64,000 nt of DNA, taken from contig NC_090349.1 in the NCBI RefSeq assembly GCF_035084215.1, positions 9,982,001-10,046,000 of the forward strand. Reading direction: 5' to 3'. The translations under genes and the position numbers were made by a program. The DNA comes from Heptranchias perlo (lineage: Eukaryota). This document shows positions 51,365-63,069 of this stretch, piece by piece. Below the pieces are notes generated by a model. That model saw only the letters and a program-made list of their open reading frames with translations, searched no databases and was not told the origin of the DNA. The number at the start of each line of letters is the position of its first letter. Position 1 is the stretch's first letter.

Positions 51365-52269
51365 AATTCCAGCCATTTAAAAAATATGAGAAATATCGGA
51401 ATAGAAGACGAGAATGGTTGAATAGAGGAAAATAAATGGTGCGGTGAAACGGGGAAGAGCGATCAGGTGACTCCAGGCTTGGGTTTTCGAAGGCTGAAGA
51501 TTGTAACAGAGAGGAAAGACTGAGAGCGGAAGCGGTTTAATGGCTCAGAAATAGAGGTAGAGATTTATAGATAGAGAGATTGGGAAGCATTTGGAACTGA
51601 TGGAGAGTTAAGCGTTGTGAGAGAAATATGGAAGAGGAAACAGAGCTTTTTGCAAGAAATGTTACTAATAGATCCGAGGTGCCTATTTGAGGTCACAGGA
51701 GAAAGTGACGTTCAGAATGTCGATGTGTGGAGTTCATTAAGGGTGAATGAATCAAATGTAACAATTGTTTATTTAAATTTGTGACAGATACAGAAAACCG
51801 CTGGTGAAATGCGGGTAAGCGATGTTCTTGTATGAACCTTTGTACCAAATTCCATTGCTTCCTCTTCTTATGGGAGCGTTAACCCTTTAAAAACAGCAAT
51901 GAAAGAAATTACATACAAAAACTTTAAATAGCGGTAACTAATATCTGACGGCGCGATTTCACCACAAGTATCTTTGAAGAATTGAAAGAAGTGAAATTTT
52001 CATTGTCCAGTTGAATGTCGCAGAAGAGAGCAAGATCTAACGACTCAATCATAGCACTGGGAGAGGACTGGCGGCTGTGGGTTCAGATAGCGTCCCATAA
52101 ACAAATGCTTGTTACGCTTTGTACACATGGCCGAAATCAGCCCGATTTTCTGCTATTGTGCCCCTCACCACTGAAGAGGAGGGAATCATTAAAATTGCAC
52201 AAGTCGATTGAAGATACTTGATGAGAATATTCTGTAAAATTGCTCTCGGCAAATATTTTTCTATATTTC

Positions 52270-52357
52270 AAAAGCAAAATACTGCGGATGCTGGAAATCT
52301 GAAATGAAAATGAAAATGCTGGAAAAGCTCAGAAAGTGAGGCAGCATCTGTGTTCAG
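52270..52357 (-). mobile_element. Short Penelope 3'-end insertion
   Basis: Reverse complement of about 57762-57845; flanked by a ttttctatat(t/c)tc duplication (52257-52269 and 52358-52370); empty site near 15725. Confidence 0.8.
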
Positions 52358-53119
52358 TTTTCTATATCTCCTGTTTTGAACACACATTTTTGGCGCAAAC
52401 TTTCCTCGCTGTGAATGAACCCCTGTTATCCAATTGAAAAATTATTTGACTCACTAGTGGTCTGGAGAATGTATAATATAATAGGTTTACAGCTTGGTGT
52501 GGATGAAGGGTATTATGGAATGTTTAGCATCGAGGGCTCCAGTAAAGGGGGATATGCAGAAAGCGTACGGTTACATTGGGCGTGATTCGGCAGAAGGCTG
52601 AGAACATCCAATGTGAAATTATGAAAAATAATTCAGAAGTCAGTACTAATATCTGTCTATTATGGATTTATTCTGTGAGATGGCGCCTAGCATATGGTTT
52701 AGATTTGATTGCTAAGATTCTGTAGGCCAAAGCTAAGCAGCAGGATGTGTCAGTTAAATGCCATTGAGGAAGCATCAAAGGGTTTATGTAAAGAATTAAC
52801 CTAATTGAAATTGCCAGGTTTGGGTTGTTATTATTCTGGTAACTGTGTGATCTTTGTAGCCGCAAAATTGTCTTATCTGTACTGATCAGAAATGAAAATA
52901 AATTTCATATTCAAGTGTGAAGAATATGTGGTGCAACATTGTCATCTACTGGTCTAGTAGCAAATTACACACAAGGATTAACGGCAGAGGCAGCCTATTG
53001 CACCCCCACTTGATATTCCGTTGTATTGAAGGCAATGGAATTGAATATCGCGCGGGGAGTATATCGGGCGGCCAATACCATACCACCAGTTTGTCTCTAC
53101 CGCCCAATAACTTCGAATC

Positions 53120-54480
53120 TATTGGGTAAAAATTCGGTGAAGCAGGTTATAACTGTCCGTAACATACCATCTGAATCATACTGCAGACACCGCCCCAGCC
53201 CACCCTTCCCCTATCTGCCCAGGCAGCGAAAGTGTGCCTTTAAGGCCCCGCTGGTCCTCACAACCACCAGTCTAGTAGAGGAGTTTTCCTTTTTGTAATG
53301 CTCCTCGGCTGTTTTCGAGCTACTCTTAATGGGAGAATAATCCGTGTGAGTAGCTTTGTCAACTCAGAGCTATTGGTGTGATTTTCTTCCCTGAAGAGGT
53401 TAGCGAGGGGCAAATTTTGCAGTATGAAGGCGTCATGACAACTTCCAGCATATCGGATGTGGGCATGAAGGATTCTCCGCATGTGGTCACACACAATCAG
53501 TACATTCAGGGATTGGAAGTCCTTCCTGTCGATGTAGTTGAGGGGGTTTTGTGAGGAGTGCGCAAAGCAACATGCGTTTAGCCTCCGCAAGGTAGAGGTC
53601 TGTTTGCCACACGACCTCGCCGCCCTTGTCAACAGGTTTAATGACAATGTCAGAGTTGGACCTGGGAGAACGGAGTGCTGCGACTTCAGGGGGAGGTAGG
53701 TTAGAGTGAGTAAGGGGAGTAGAGAAATTGAGACGGCCGATATCACACTGGCAGTTCGCAATGAAAAGATCGAGATGGTAAGAGCTCAGTGGGAGGGGTC
53801 CAGGTGGAACATGCGTGCCATCGATTGCAGCCTTGCGGAAAACAGTAACCCAGTAAAATAAAATGGCCATAACTTCCTGCTGCCTTGCTATGATGTCAAA
53901 GGTGGTGAATTTGCCTGCTCTCCTGTAAAGGGCATCAACAACCTGAGGATTGCAAAGCATATACTCCTGCCCGGCTGATACTGCGGAGACCCCTCACGGG
54001 TGCCTAAAATTACCCTGTGACATAAAAGTTGAGGGCGGCGATTACCTGTAGAGCCCCCGAGAGGGCAGTGTGAGTCGATGAACATGAAGGATTTTCTCCG
54101 TGTGGTCACACACAATCGGCACATTCAGGATTGGAAGCCCCTCCTTTCGATATAGTTGAGAGGATGCTGTGTGGGAATGCTTAAAACAACATGGATGCCA
54201 TCAATTGCAGCCTTGCAGAATCCAGCAACCCATTAAAAGTATTGCCTCCTGGTAAAGTACGGTATTCTTAAACACAACTCCTCAGGAAGGTCCTCATGTG
54301 GGGCAATATATGATAGGCTGCATCCTTGTTAAATGCTGTCTGAGATTTCTTTGTACCATTCTGCGCTGATCCTTCTATTCCATGATAATCGCTTTGAGGG
54401 GTATATCTATCGGAAATATCATCCTCAAGAGCCTGAGACTGAGAGGACCCCCTTGTCTTGGTCAATACAGAATTACACTG
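53120..54480 (-). mobile_element. Harbinger transposase remnant, cluster B unit
   Basis: KAAIDGTH / YIDRKDFQSLNVLIVCDHMRRILHAHIRYAGSCHDAFILQN; internal duplicate at about 54080-54240. Confidence 0.85.
53574..53810 (-). repeat. Exact 237-bp inverted copy of 54713-54949 (Penelope 5' part)
   Basis: Identical base by base on my reading; flanked by a 9-bp direct repeat aacatgcgt (53569-53577 and 53808-53816). Confidence 0.92.
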
Positions 54481-55222
54481 ACAGAAGTTCCAATTCGTGA
54501 TGATTAATTAAAGAGAGTTTCCCTTCTGCACTTTAAGCCAGTGCTCATTCTGTGTTCGCAGGAAGATTTCCAATGAGTACTATTCTTTAATGATGGAGAC
54601 CATAAATAATGATACCAGTGGACCTCACATATAGGCCTACAGTCTCCCCCTCTTCACCCCCCCCCCACCCCGCCCCGCTCAGCAGACCCTTTCTTCCGTC
54701 TTCAGAATTCTCGTTCCACCTGGACCCCTCCCACTGAGCTCTTACCATCTCGATCTTTTCATTGCGAACTGCCAGTGTGATATCGGCCGTCTCAATTTCT
54801 CTACTCCCCTTACTCACTCTAACCTACCTCCCCCTGAAGTCGCAGCACTCCGTTCTCCCAGGTCCAACTCTGACATTGTCATTAAACCTGTTGACAAGGG
54901 CGGCGAGGTCGTGTGGCAAACAGACCTCTACCTTGCGGAGGCTAAACGCCAACTCTGGAACACCTCCTCCTGCTTTCCCCTGGACCAGGACCCCACCGCC
55001 GAACATAAAGCCATAGTTTCTCAAACCGTCACTGACTTCATCCCCTCTGGAGATCTTCCCTCCACGGCCTCCAACCTCATAGTCCTCCAACCCCGCACAG
55101 CCCGCTTCTACCTCCTTCCCAAGATCCACAAACATGACTGCCCTGGGAGACCCATCGTTTCAGCCTGTTCTTGCCCCACGGAACTTATTTCCTTCTATCT
55201 TGACTTTATTTTTTCTCCCCTT

Positions 55223-56132
55223 ATTTGTATTCGTTCATGGGATGTGGGCGTCGCTGACAAGGCCAGCATTTATTGCCCATCCCTAATTGCCCTTGAGAAG
55301 GTGGCGGTAAGCGGCCTTCTTCAACCACTGCAGTCCGTGTGGTGAAGGTTCTCCCACAGTGCTGTTAGGAAGGGAGTTCCAGGATTTTGACCCAGCGACA
55401 ATGAAGGAATGGCGATACATTTCCAAGTCGGGATGGTGTGTGACTTAGAGGGGAACGTGCAGGTGGTGCTGTTCCCATGTGCCTGCTGCCCTTGTCCTTC
55501 TAGGTAGTAGAGGTCGCTGGTTTGGGAGATGCTGTCGACGAAGCCTTGTCGAGTTGCTGCAGTGCATCCTGCAGATGGTACACACTGCAGCCACGGTGCG
55601 CTGGTGGTGAAGGGAGTGAATGTTTAGGGTGGTGGATGGGGTGCCAATCAAGCGGGCTGCTTTGTCCTGGATGGTGTCGAGCTTCTTGAGTGTTGTTGGA
55701 GCTGCACTCGTCCAGGCAAGTGGAGAGTATTCCATCAAACTCCTAACATATGCCTTGTAGATGGTGGAAAGGCTTTGGGGAGTCAGGAGGTGAGTCACTT
55801 GCCGCAGAGTACCCTGCCTCTGACCTGTTCTTTTAGCTACATTATTTATGTGGCTGATCCCATTAAGTTTCTGATCAATGGTGACCCCAGGATATTGATG
55901 GTGGGGGATTTGGCGATGGTAATGCCAATGAATGTCAAGGGGAGGTGGTTAGACTCTGTCTTCTTGGAGGTGGTCATTGCCTGGCACTTGTCTGGCGCAA
56001 ATGTTACTTTCCACTTATCAGCCCAAGCTTGGATGTTGTCCAGGTCTTGCTGCATGCAGGCACGGACTGCTTCATTATCTGAGGAGTTATGAATGGAACT
56101 GAACACTGTGCAATCATCAGCAAACATCCCCA
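55223..56132 (-). mobile_element. CR1/L2-group LINE 3' fragment nested in the Penelope element
   Basis: MFADDCTVF...LDNIQAWADKW; IYKAYVRSLMEYSPLAW; Penelope frame resumes as SPL|VQSLPTYIR. Confidence 0.88.
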
Positions 56133-57710
56133 TCCCCATTGTCCAGTCTCTTCCAACCTACATCCGCGTCTCTTCTGACACCCTCCGCCAATTTAACAGT
56201 TTCCAGTTCCCCGGCCCTAACCTTTTCGTCATGGACGTCCAGTTCCTCTACACCTCCACCCTCACCAGGACGGCCTGCGGGCCCTCCGCTTCTTCCTTGA
56301 ACGGAGACCCAATGAGTGCCCATCCACCACCACCCACCTCCACCTGGATGAACTTGTTCTTAAATTGAACAACTTCTCCTTTGACTCCACTCACTTTCTT
56401 CAAATAAAAGGAGCGGCTATGGGAATCCGAATGGGTCCCAGCTATGCCTGCCTTTTTGTGGGATATGTGGAACATTCTTTGTTCCAGTTCTACTCAGGTC
56501 CCCTCCCTAACCTCTTTTTCCGGTACACTGATGGCTGTATTGGTGCCGTTTCCTGCTATCGCCCCGAACTGGAAAATTTCATCAACTTTGCTTCCAATTT
56601 CCACCCTTCCCTCGTCTTCACGTGATCCATCTCCGACTCTTCCCTTCCCTTCCTCGACTTCTCTATCATCATTTCTGGGGATAGGCTGTCAACCAATATC
56701 TATTATAAGCTCACCGACACCCTCAGCTACCTTGATTGCACTTCCTCCCACCCCGCTTCATGTCAGGAATCTAGTCCCTTGTCCTAGCTCCTCCGTCTCC
56801 ATCACATCTGTTCTGACGATACCACCTTTCGCACCAGTGCTTCCGGTATGTTTTCCTTTTTTCTCAAACGAGGGTTCCCCTCCAGTGTAGTTGACAGGGC
56901 CCTCGACCGTGTCCGTCCTATTTCCCGCACTTCTGCCCTCACCCCTTCCCTCCCTCCCAGAACCATGATTGGGTCCCCCTTGTCCTCACCTTCCAGCCCA
57001 CCAGCCTTCACATTGAACATATCATCCTCCGTCATTTCCGCCACTTCCAGCGCGATCCCATCACCAAACACATCTTCCCCTCCCCTTTCAGCGTTCCAAA
57101 GGGACCGCTCCCTCCGCGTCACCCTGGTCCACTCTTCCATCATCCCCAACACCTATTCACCTCCCCACGGCGCCTTCCCGTGAGAGCGCAGGAGATGCAG
57201 CACCTGCCCTTTCTCCTCCTCCCTTCCCACCGTCCAGGGCCCCAAACACTCCTTCCAGGTGAAACAGCGGTTTACTAGTACTTCTTTCAATTTAGTATAC
57301 TGTATCCGCTGCACAAAATGCGGTCTGCTGTACATTGGGGAGACCAAACGCAGACTGAGTGATTGCTTTGCTGAACACCTCCGCTCTGTCCGCAAGCGTG
57401 ACCCTGACCCGCCGGTCGCTTGCCATTTTAATTCCCCTTCCCACTCCTACTCTGATCTCGGCCTCTTACACTGTTCCAATGAAGCTCATCATAAGTTAGA
57501 GGAACAACACCTCATCTTTCGTTTAGGCACTTGCCTTGTACCATCATCCCTCTTGTCATTTAATCACTCCTGCCCTTTACCCTATCACAGGGCTTCCCTT
57601 TTGCTCTTTCCTCCCCTCCCCCCCCTACCACCCCCCCCCACCCCACCTCCCAACCCACCTTCCCCTGGCTCTGTACTTCCTCAAAAACGTAAACTCTTTT
57701 AACATCTTCC

Positions 57711-57747
57711 AGTTCTGATGAAAGGTCTTCGACCTGAAACGTTAACT
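57711..57747 (+). ncRNA. Minimal type I hammerhead ribozyme in the Penelope 3' pLTR
   Basis: AGUU-CUGAUGA-A-AGGUC(UUC)GACCU-GAAAC-GUU-AACU: complete core, stem II hairpin, palindromic ACGU stem III, 4-bp stem I. Confidence 0.8.
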
Positions 57748-59464
57748 CTGTTTCTTTCTCCACAGATGCTGCCTCACTTGCTGAGCTTCTCCAGCATTTT
57801 CTGTTCTTATTTCAGATTTCCAGCATCTGCAGTATTTTGGTTTTCACCTCGGAAATAGGGCTTGATGATATTCGTAAAATTTTCCGCAAGTACTTGTGCT
57901 TTCACCCTGTCACTCGTTCGCTGTGCAGCTGAAGGGTCTCACTCCCGAACCTCGCGGCAGCTCCTTTCAATGAATTTTCTCGAATTCGACCTGAATGGTC
58001 CCAGATCTATTTTGGCCGATTTGCAAATGAATGGGTGAAATTAGTGCTTACAGACACGTATTATGTTCGGCATTACTGCAGAAATGCTTACCATTTTCCT
58101 CTGTGCGCCGAACAGTTGATCTCATTTCAGAACATTTTAAGGACGCTACAACAAGCCCCATCGCCCCCTCGCCGGCAAGGGGAAAATCGAGTGAAGCTAC
58201 CGCTTCTGATCTCTATTCTCCAGTGGAAATGCTCATCTTAGGATGGACCGTGATCATAAGATTCGCCTTTGACGCCTCCACTCCTATCAGTGGGAAAGTC
58301 AGTTCGGTCTTAGGAAGGAACCCTAATCACTGTGACGACGCGCAGAAAAGAGGCTGCACGTCCAGGGGAGCAGAGAGGAGCAAATACCGCTATCTTTACG
58401 ATCATTAGATGAATATTATATTACTTGTTAATTATCTTAATGCGGAAACATTAACGCACTAGTAATGAGTACAATGGAGCCTTCTTAAATTATGGTTCAA
58501 CTGGACTACATTTTGAAACTGTTGAGAGGAAGGCAGATCAAGGGTAGCCATGTAATTCATTGATAACCATGGCCACTGGTTTAGGGGAATGGATGCGTCA
58601 AATTCTGTTCCGCAATTATCACAAAGCAGTAGCCTCGTTCGTAACTTGATTCAAAGTTTGTAACACTACGTAAACTACAGTGATCCACGAGGGTAGGAAT
58701 TTCTCTGGTCACCGTGTAATGCGATTACCTAAATGTTTGTGAAGATTTTCTTGGCTTTTTCCGGTGAAGTTATAAGTATGGGAGACGTTCTTTTAGAAGG
58801 TTTACGATTTCACTAGACACACTGAATGGGGGAATCTTCACAAATGCATTCACAATGTCCCACACATCATGATCAGATTAATTCATAACACTTGGTGCCA
58901 ACAAGCTTACTGAGGGACACACGTTGTTAACACGAAGTTAAACTCGGAGTCAACAATGCCACACTGCACAGTCCTATAACTGGATGAAACTCTAGTCACT
59001 CACATGTACAAATAATTGGTCATGTTCAATACCGATAGGGCAAGACTCACTATTGTTGTTTTATTCTCACTAGATTAGGGATCTAATCTTCCTGATTTTA
59101 TTAAACGCCACAATTACGCTCTAGGCTGGGCCTCAACGTATAATCCCATGTTATGAATCGGTATTTTCTATACTTTACCTTTCAAATATGTAAACGACTG
59201 AGAAGATAAATCGATAAAGTACGGGAATTGATATTTTCGAACAAGTATTCTTGCAGGTGAGGATGAAGAGCATCCTGACGTTTGATCCATCTTTATCAGA
59301 AGCTGGATAATCTTCGTTATATTTTTATTCTTATCAACTTAAACATACATTTATTTATCCGATTCTGACATTTCACATCGTGTTCACATTTTGTGGTATC
59401 CCGGGAGGGGAATAGACACTAGGTGGATTTCTATGTCACTGTTAGGAGACCGGTTTGAGGACAT

Positions 59465-60183
59465 TGTTGGCCAGGGGCTGCAGGAAACTACTGAGTTTAT
59501 TCTGAATTGCTAACACTCAGGCAAAAGTAACTTTTGAACTGAAGTGACCTGGAGTTCAGTCACTGGTCTGAGCTGGCCCGAACCGGTTTGAATTAGCTAC
59601 GCTTCTAAGAGACAAAGGGGCTGTGATGAGACACCAGTCCTTATTTAGAAAAGGAGTAATGAGGTTATGCTACCTAACCCCTTGGAACAGAGCCAATCAG
59701 GGGATGACACCGACCACTCGAGCAAATCTAAGCCAACAGGAGAAAGACAACACCACTCGAAGAGGTAAGACTTGGGAATAAGAATGAAGAATTGCATGCT
59801 TGGTGCCAGTGTGTGCGAAACTCCTGAGACTAACCATCACGGAAGTGGAAGACCCTACATGAGGGACGTAGAGACGACGTCGAGAGAGAGAGAATGGAAC
59901 GCCTGGTCAGCGTCAGCTCTCCTTTCCGGGTAATATAATATCCTTTCTATTCTGTGACCACTCAGGGAATGTCAGAGAAACCTAGTGGGTGTGCGTTTAA
60001 ATCCTAGTTTGTGTATAAAACTGTATAACCTGCTGTAAACTGCATGCCTATATCTAACCAGACGTATAAGCTAAAAGTAAATGATCTAACAACGTTAATA
60101 AAGCGAATTGAGAATTAAGAGAGAATTGACTCTCTCCTCTTTGTACTAAGCCAATAACCATAACCAGTGACCTCCGGTCAACA
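59465..60183 (+). mobile_element. Solo LTR, 719 bp
   Basis: TGTTGGCC...GGTCAACA termini, 4-bp TSD acat (59461-59464 and 60184-60187), AATAAA 60097-60102; empty site near 44740. Confidence 0.85.
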
Positions 60184-60684
60184 ACATACTGAGCTGGGTC
60201 ATTCCACTCTTCAATGTGCAGACTGCTGCGTGTGACCTTATGCGTTTTACACGAGATGTACTGCCTGGGTTCAGAGTGAATGAGCGCTTTCATCAGCGAA
60301 CCATCCTCCGCTGAGAAACAGTATGCGCCTTTACCCGGCCGGTAATTAAAAGGAAATAAGGTGAAAGGAAAACTCTAATTGAGTTTATTTTAACCAGCGT
60401 TACCCAGCTCCATTTCTCAGTTATTTGGAGACACTACAGTTTATGGTGCTCCCCAGCGACACTGAGAACGGACATGTCTTTCAGTAGGTCTCAAACGGCG
60501 GCGATTCGAAACAAAATTGTTCGCTGTCCTACTGCACCTGGGAAATGCAGCTAAATAAATAAAAATAAAATCTAAAGTAGACATTATCGGGTTGTCTTAG
60601 TTTGGAAGGGAACAACAGTGTGCAACCTGGAATTATAATTGAAAGAAATGTTCAAGTGTCGTGTTCTCAGTACTTTTGAATTTA

Positions 60685-61071
60685 GAATCATACAATCATA
60701 GAATCTTACAGCACAGAAAGAGGCTATTCGGCCCGTCATGACTGTGCCGGCTCTTTGAAAGAGCTGTCCAATTTAGTCCCACACACCAGTTTTTCCCCAT
60801 AACCCTGCAAATTAGTCCTCTTCAAATACATGTCCAATTGCCTTTTGAAAGTTCCGATGGAATCTAATTCCATCACCCTTTCAGGTAGTGTGTTGCAGAT
60901 CTTAACAACCATCTGTGTGAAGATATTCTCCTAATTTCCCCTCTAATTCTTTCGCCAATTATTTTAATTCTATAACCTTTGGTTACCGACCCACTTGCAA
61001 GAGGAAACTTGCCCTATCAAAACCATTCATAATTTGGAATAACTCTATTAGGTCTTCCCTTAAACTTCTCT
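60685..61071 (-). mobile_element. CR1 3' fragment
   Basis: Tail tagaatcatacaatcatagaatc; EQRSLREDLIELFQIMNGFD. Confidence 0.85.
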
Positions 61072-62916
61072 GCTCTTTATCTGCTCCTCTCAGCCGCTTC
61101 TCCCGCGCTTTATCTGCTCCTCTCAGCCAGAAAAGAGCAGGAGAAGCGGCTGAGAGGAGCAGATAAAGAGCGGGAGAAGCGGCTGAGAGGAGCAGATAAA
61201 GCGCGGGAGAAGCGGCTGAGAGGAGCACATAAAGAGCGGGAGAAGCGGCTGAGAGGAGCAGATAAAGCGCGGGAGAAGCGGCTGAGAGGAGCAGATAAAG
61301 AGCGGGAGAAGCGGCTGAGAGGAGCAGATAAAGAGCGGGAGAAGCGGCTGAGAGGAGCAGATAAAGAGCGGGAGAAGCGGCTGAGAGGAGCAGATAAAGA
61401 GCGGGAGAAGCGGCTGAGAGGAGCAGATAAAGAGCGGGAGAAGCGGCTGAGAGGAGCAGATAAAGAGCGGGAGAAGCGGCTGAGAGGAGCAGATAAAGAG
61501 CGGGAGAAGCGGCTGAGAGGAGCAGATAAAGAGCGGGAGAAGCGGCTGAGAGGAGCAGATAAAGAGCGGGAGAAGCGGCTGAGAGGAGCAGATAAAGAGC
61601 GGGAGAAGCGGCTGAGAGGAGCAGATAAAGCGCGGGAGAAGCGGCTGAGAGGAGCAGATAAAGCGCGGGAGAAGCGGCTGAGAGGAGCAGATAAAGAGCG
61701 GGAGAAGCGGCTGAGAGGAGCAGATAAAGAGCGGGAGAAGCGGCTGAGAGGAGCAGATAAAGCGCGGGAGATGCGGCTGAGGAGCAGATAAAGAGCGGGA
61801 GAAGGGGCTCAGAGGAACACAAAGAGCGGGAGAAGCGGCTGAGAGGAGCACATAAAGAGCGGGAGAAGCGGCTGAGAGGAGCACATAAAGAGCGGGAGAA
61901 GCGGCTGAGAGGAGCAGATAAAGAGCGGGAGAAGCGGCTGAGAGGAGCAGATAAAGAGCGGGAGAAGCGGCTGAGAGGAGCAGATAAATAGCGGGAGAAG
62001 CGGCTGAGAGGAGCAGATAAAGAGCGGGAGAAGCGGCTGAGAGGAGCAGATAAAGCGCGGGAGAAGCGGCTGAGAGGAGCAGATAAAGCGCGGGAGAAGC
62101 GGCTGAGAGGAGCAGATAAAGCGCGGGAGAAGCGGCTGAGAGGAGCAGATAAAGCGCGGGAGAAGCGGCTGAGAGGAGCAGATAAAGCGCGGGAGAAGCG
62201 GCTGAGAGGAGCAGATAAATAGCTGGAGAAGCGGCTCAGAGGAACACAAAGAGCGGGAGAAGCGGCTCAGAGGAACACAAAGAGCGGGAGAAGCGGCTGA
62301 GAGGAGCAGATAAAGAGCGGGAGAAGCGGCTGAGAGGAGCAGATAAAGAGCGGGAGAAGCGGCTGAGAGGAGCAGATAAAGAGCGGGAGAAGCGGCTGAG
62401 AGGAGCAGATAAAGAGCGGGAGAAGCGGCTGAGAGGAGCAGATAAAGAGCGGGAGAAGCGGCTGAGAGGAGCAGATAAAGAGCGGGAGAAGCGGCTGAGA
62501 GGAGCAGATAAAGCGCGGGAGAAGCGGCTGAGAGGAGCAGATAAAGCGCGGGAGAAGCGGCTGAGAGGAGCAGATAAAGCGCGGGAGAAGCGGCTGAGAG
62601 GAGCAGATAAAGCGCGGGAGAAGCGGCTGAGAGGAGCAGATAAAGAGCGGGAGAAGCGGCTGAGAGGAGCAGATAAAGAGCGGGAGAAGCGGCTGAGAGG
62701 AGCAGATAAAGCGCGGGAGAAGCGGCTGAGAGGAGCAGATAAAGAGCGGGAGAAGCGGCTGAGAGGAGCAGATAAAGCGCGGGAGAAGCGGCTGAGAGGA
62801 GCAGATAAAGAGCGGGAGAAGCGGCTGAGAGGAGCAGATAAAGCGCGGGAGAAGCGGCTGAGAGGAGCAGATAAAGAGCGGGAGAAGCGGCTGAGAGGAG
62901 CAGATAAAGAGCGGGA
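61072..62916. repeat. 33-bp minisatellite (about 54 units) with about 2 inverted units at the left edge
   Basis: Unit gagaagcggctgagaggagcagataaagagcgg; inverted copies at 61072-61128; accounts for the long spurious ORFs 60983-62980. Confidence 0.97.
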
Positions 62917-63069
62917 CCGACACTCTGAGACCAGCGGCAGAGTTCGCGGTGACGTCACCAGTCAGAAAGTGACGCAGCACAGGGGAGGCTTTATAGCAGG
63001 TAGTTTTTTTTTAGTGAACATTTTCTAATTTCAACGTAATAAAAAGGGGTAACTCAGCTAAGGCAAGTC

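Larger units (their letters stand above)
54637..57845 (+). mobile_element. Penelope-like retroelement (RT and GIY-YIG endonuclease), decayed
   Basis: IVIKPVDKGG, FYLLPKIHK...GRPIVS, QIKGAAMGIRMGPSYACLFV, FFRYTDG, NLVYCIRCTKCGLLYIGETKRRL; degenerate flanking duplication acctc....atagg. Confidence 0.93.

Noticed and set aside
58328-58334. CACTGTG heptamers (also at 20584 and 44124) as leftover RSS
   Set aside because: No nonamer at the spacings I checked and no adjacent coding segment
61072-62916. Possible CRISPR-like array
   Set aside because: Head-to-tail units with no unique spacers, in a eukaryotic context
60983-62980. Long ORFs of 146-279 aa with 11-residue repeats
   Set aside because: Artefacts of the stop-free 33-bp minisatellite; open in several frames with no gene context
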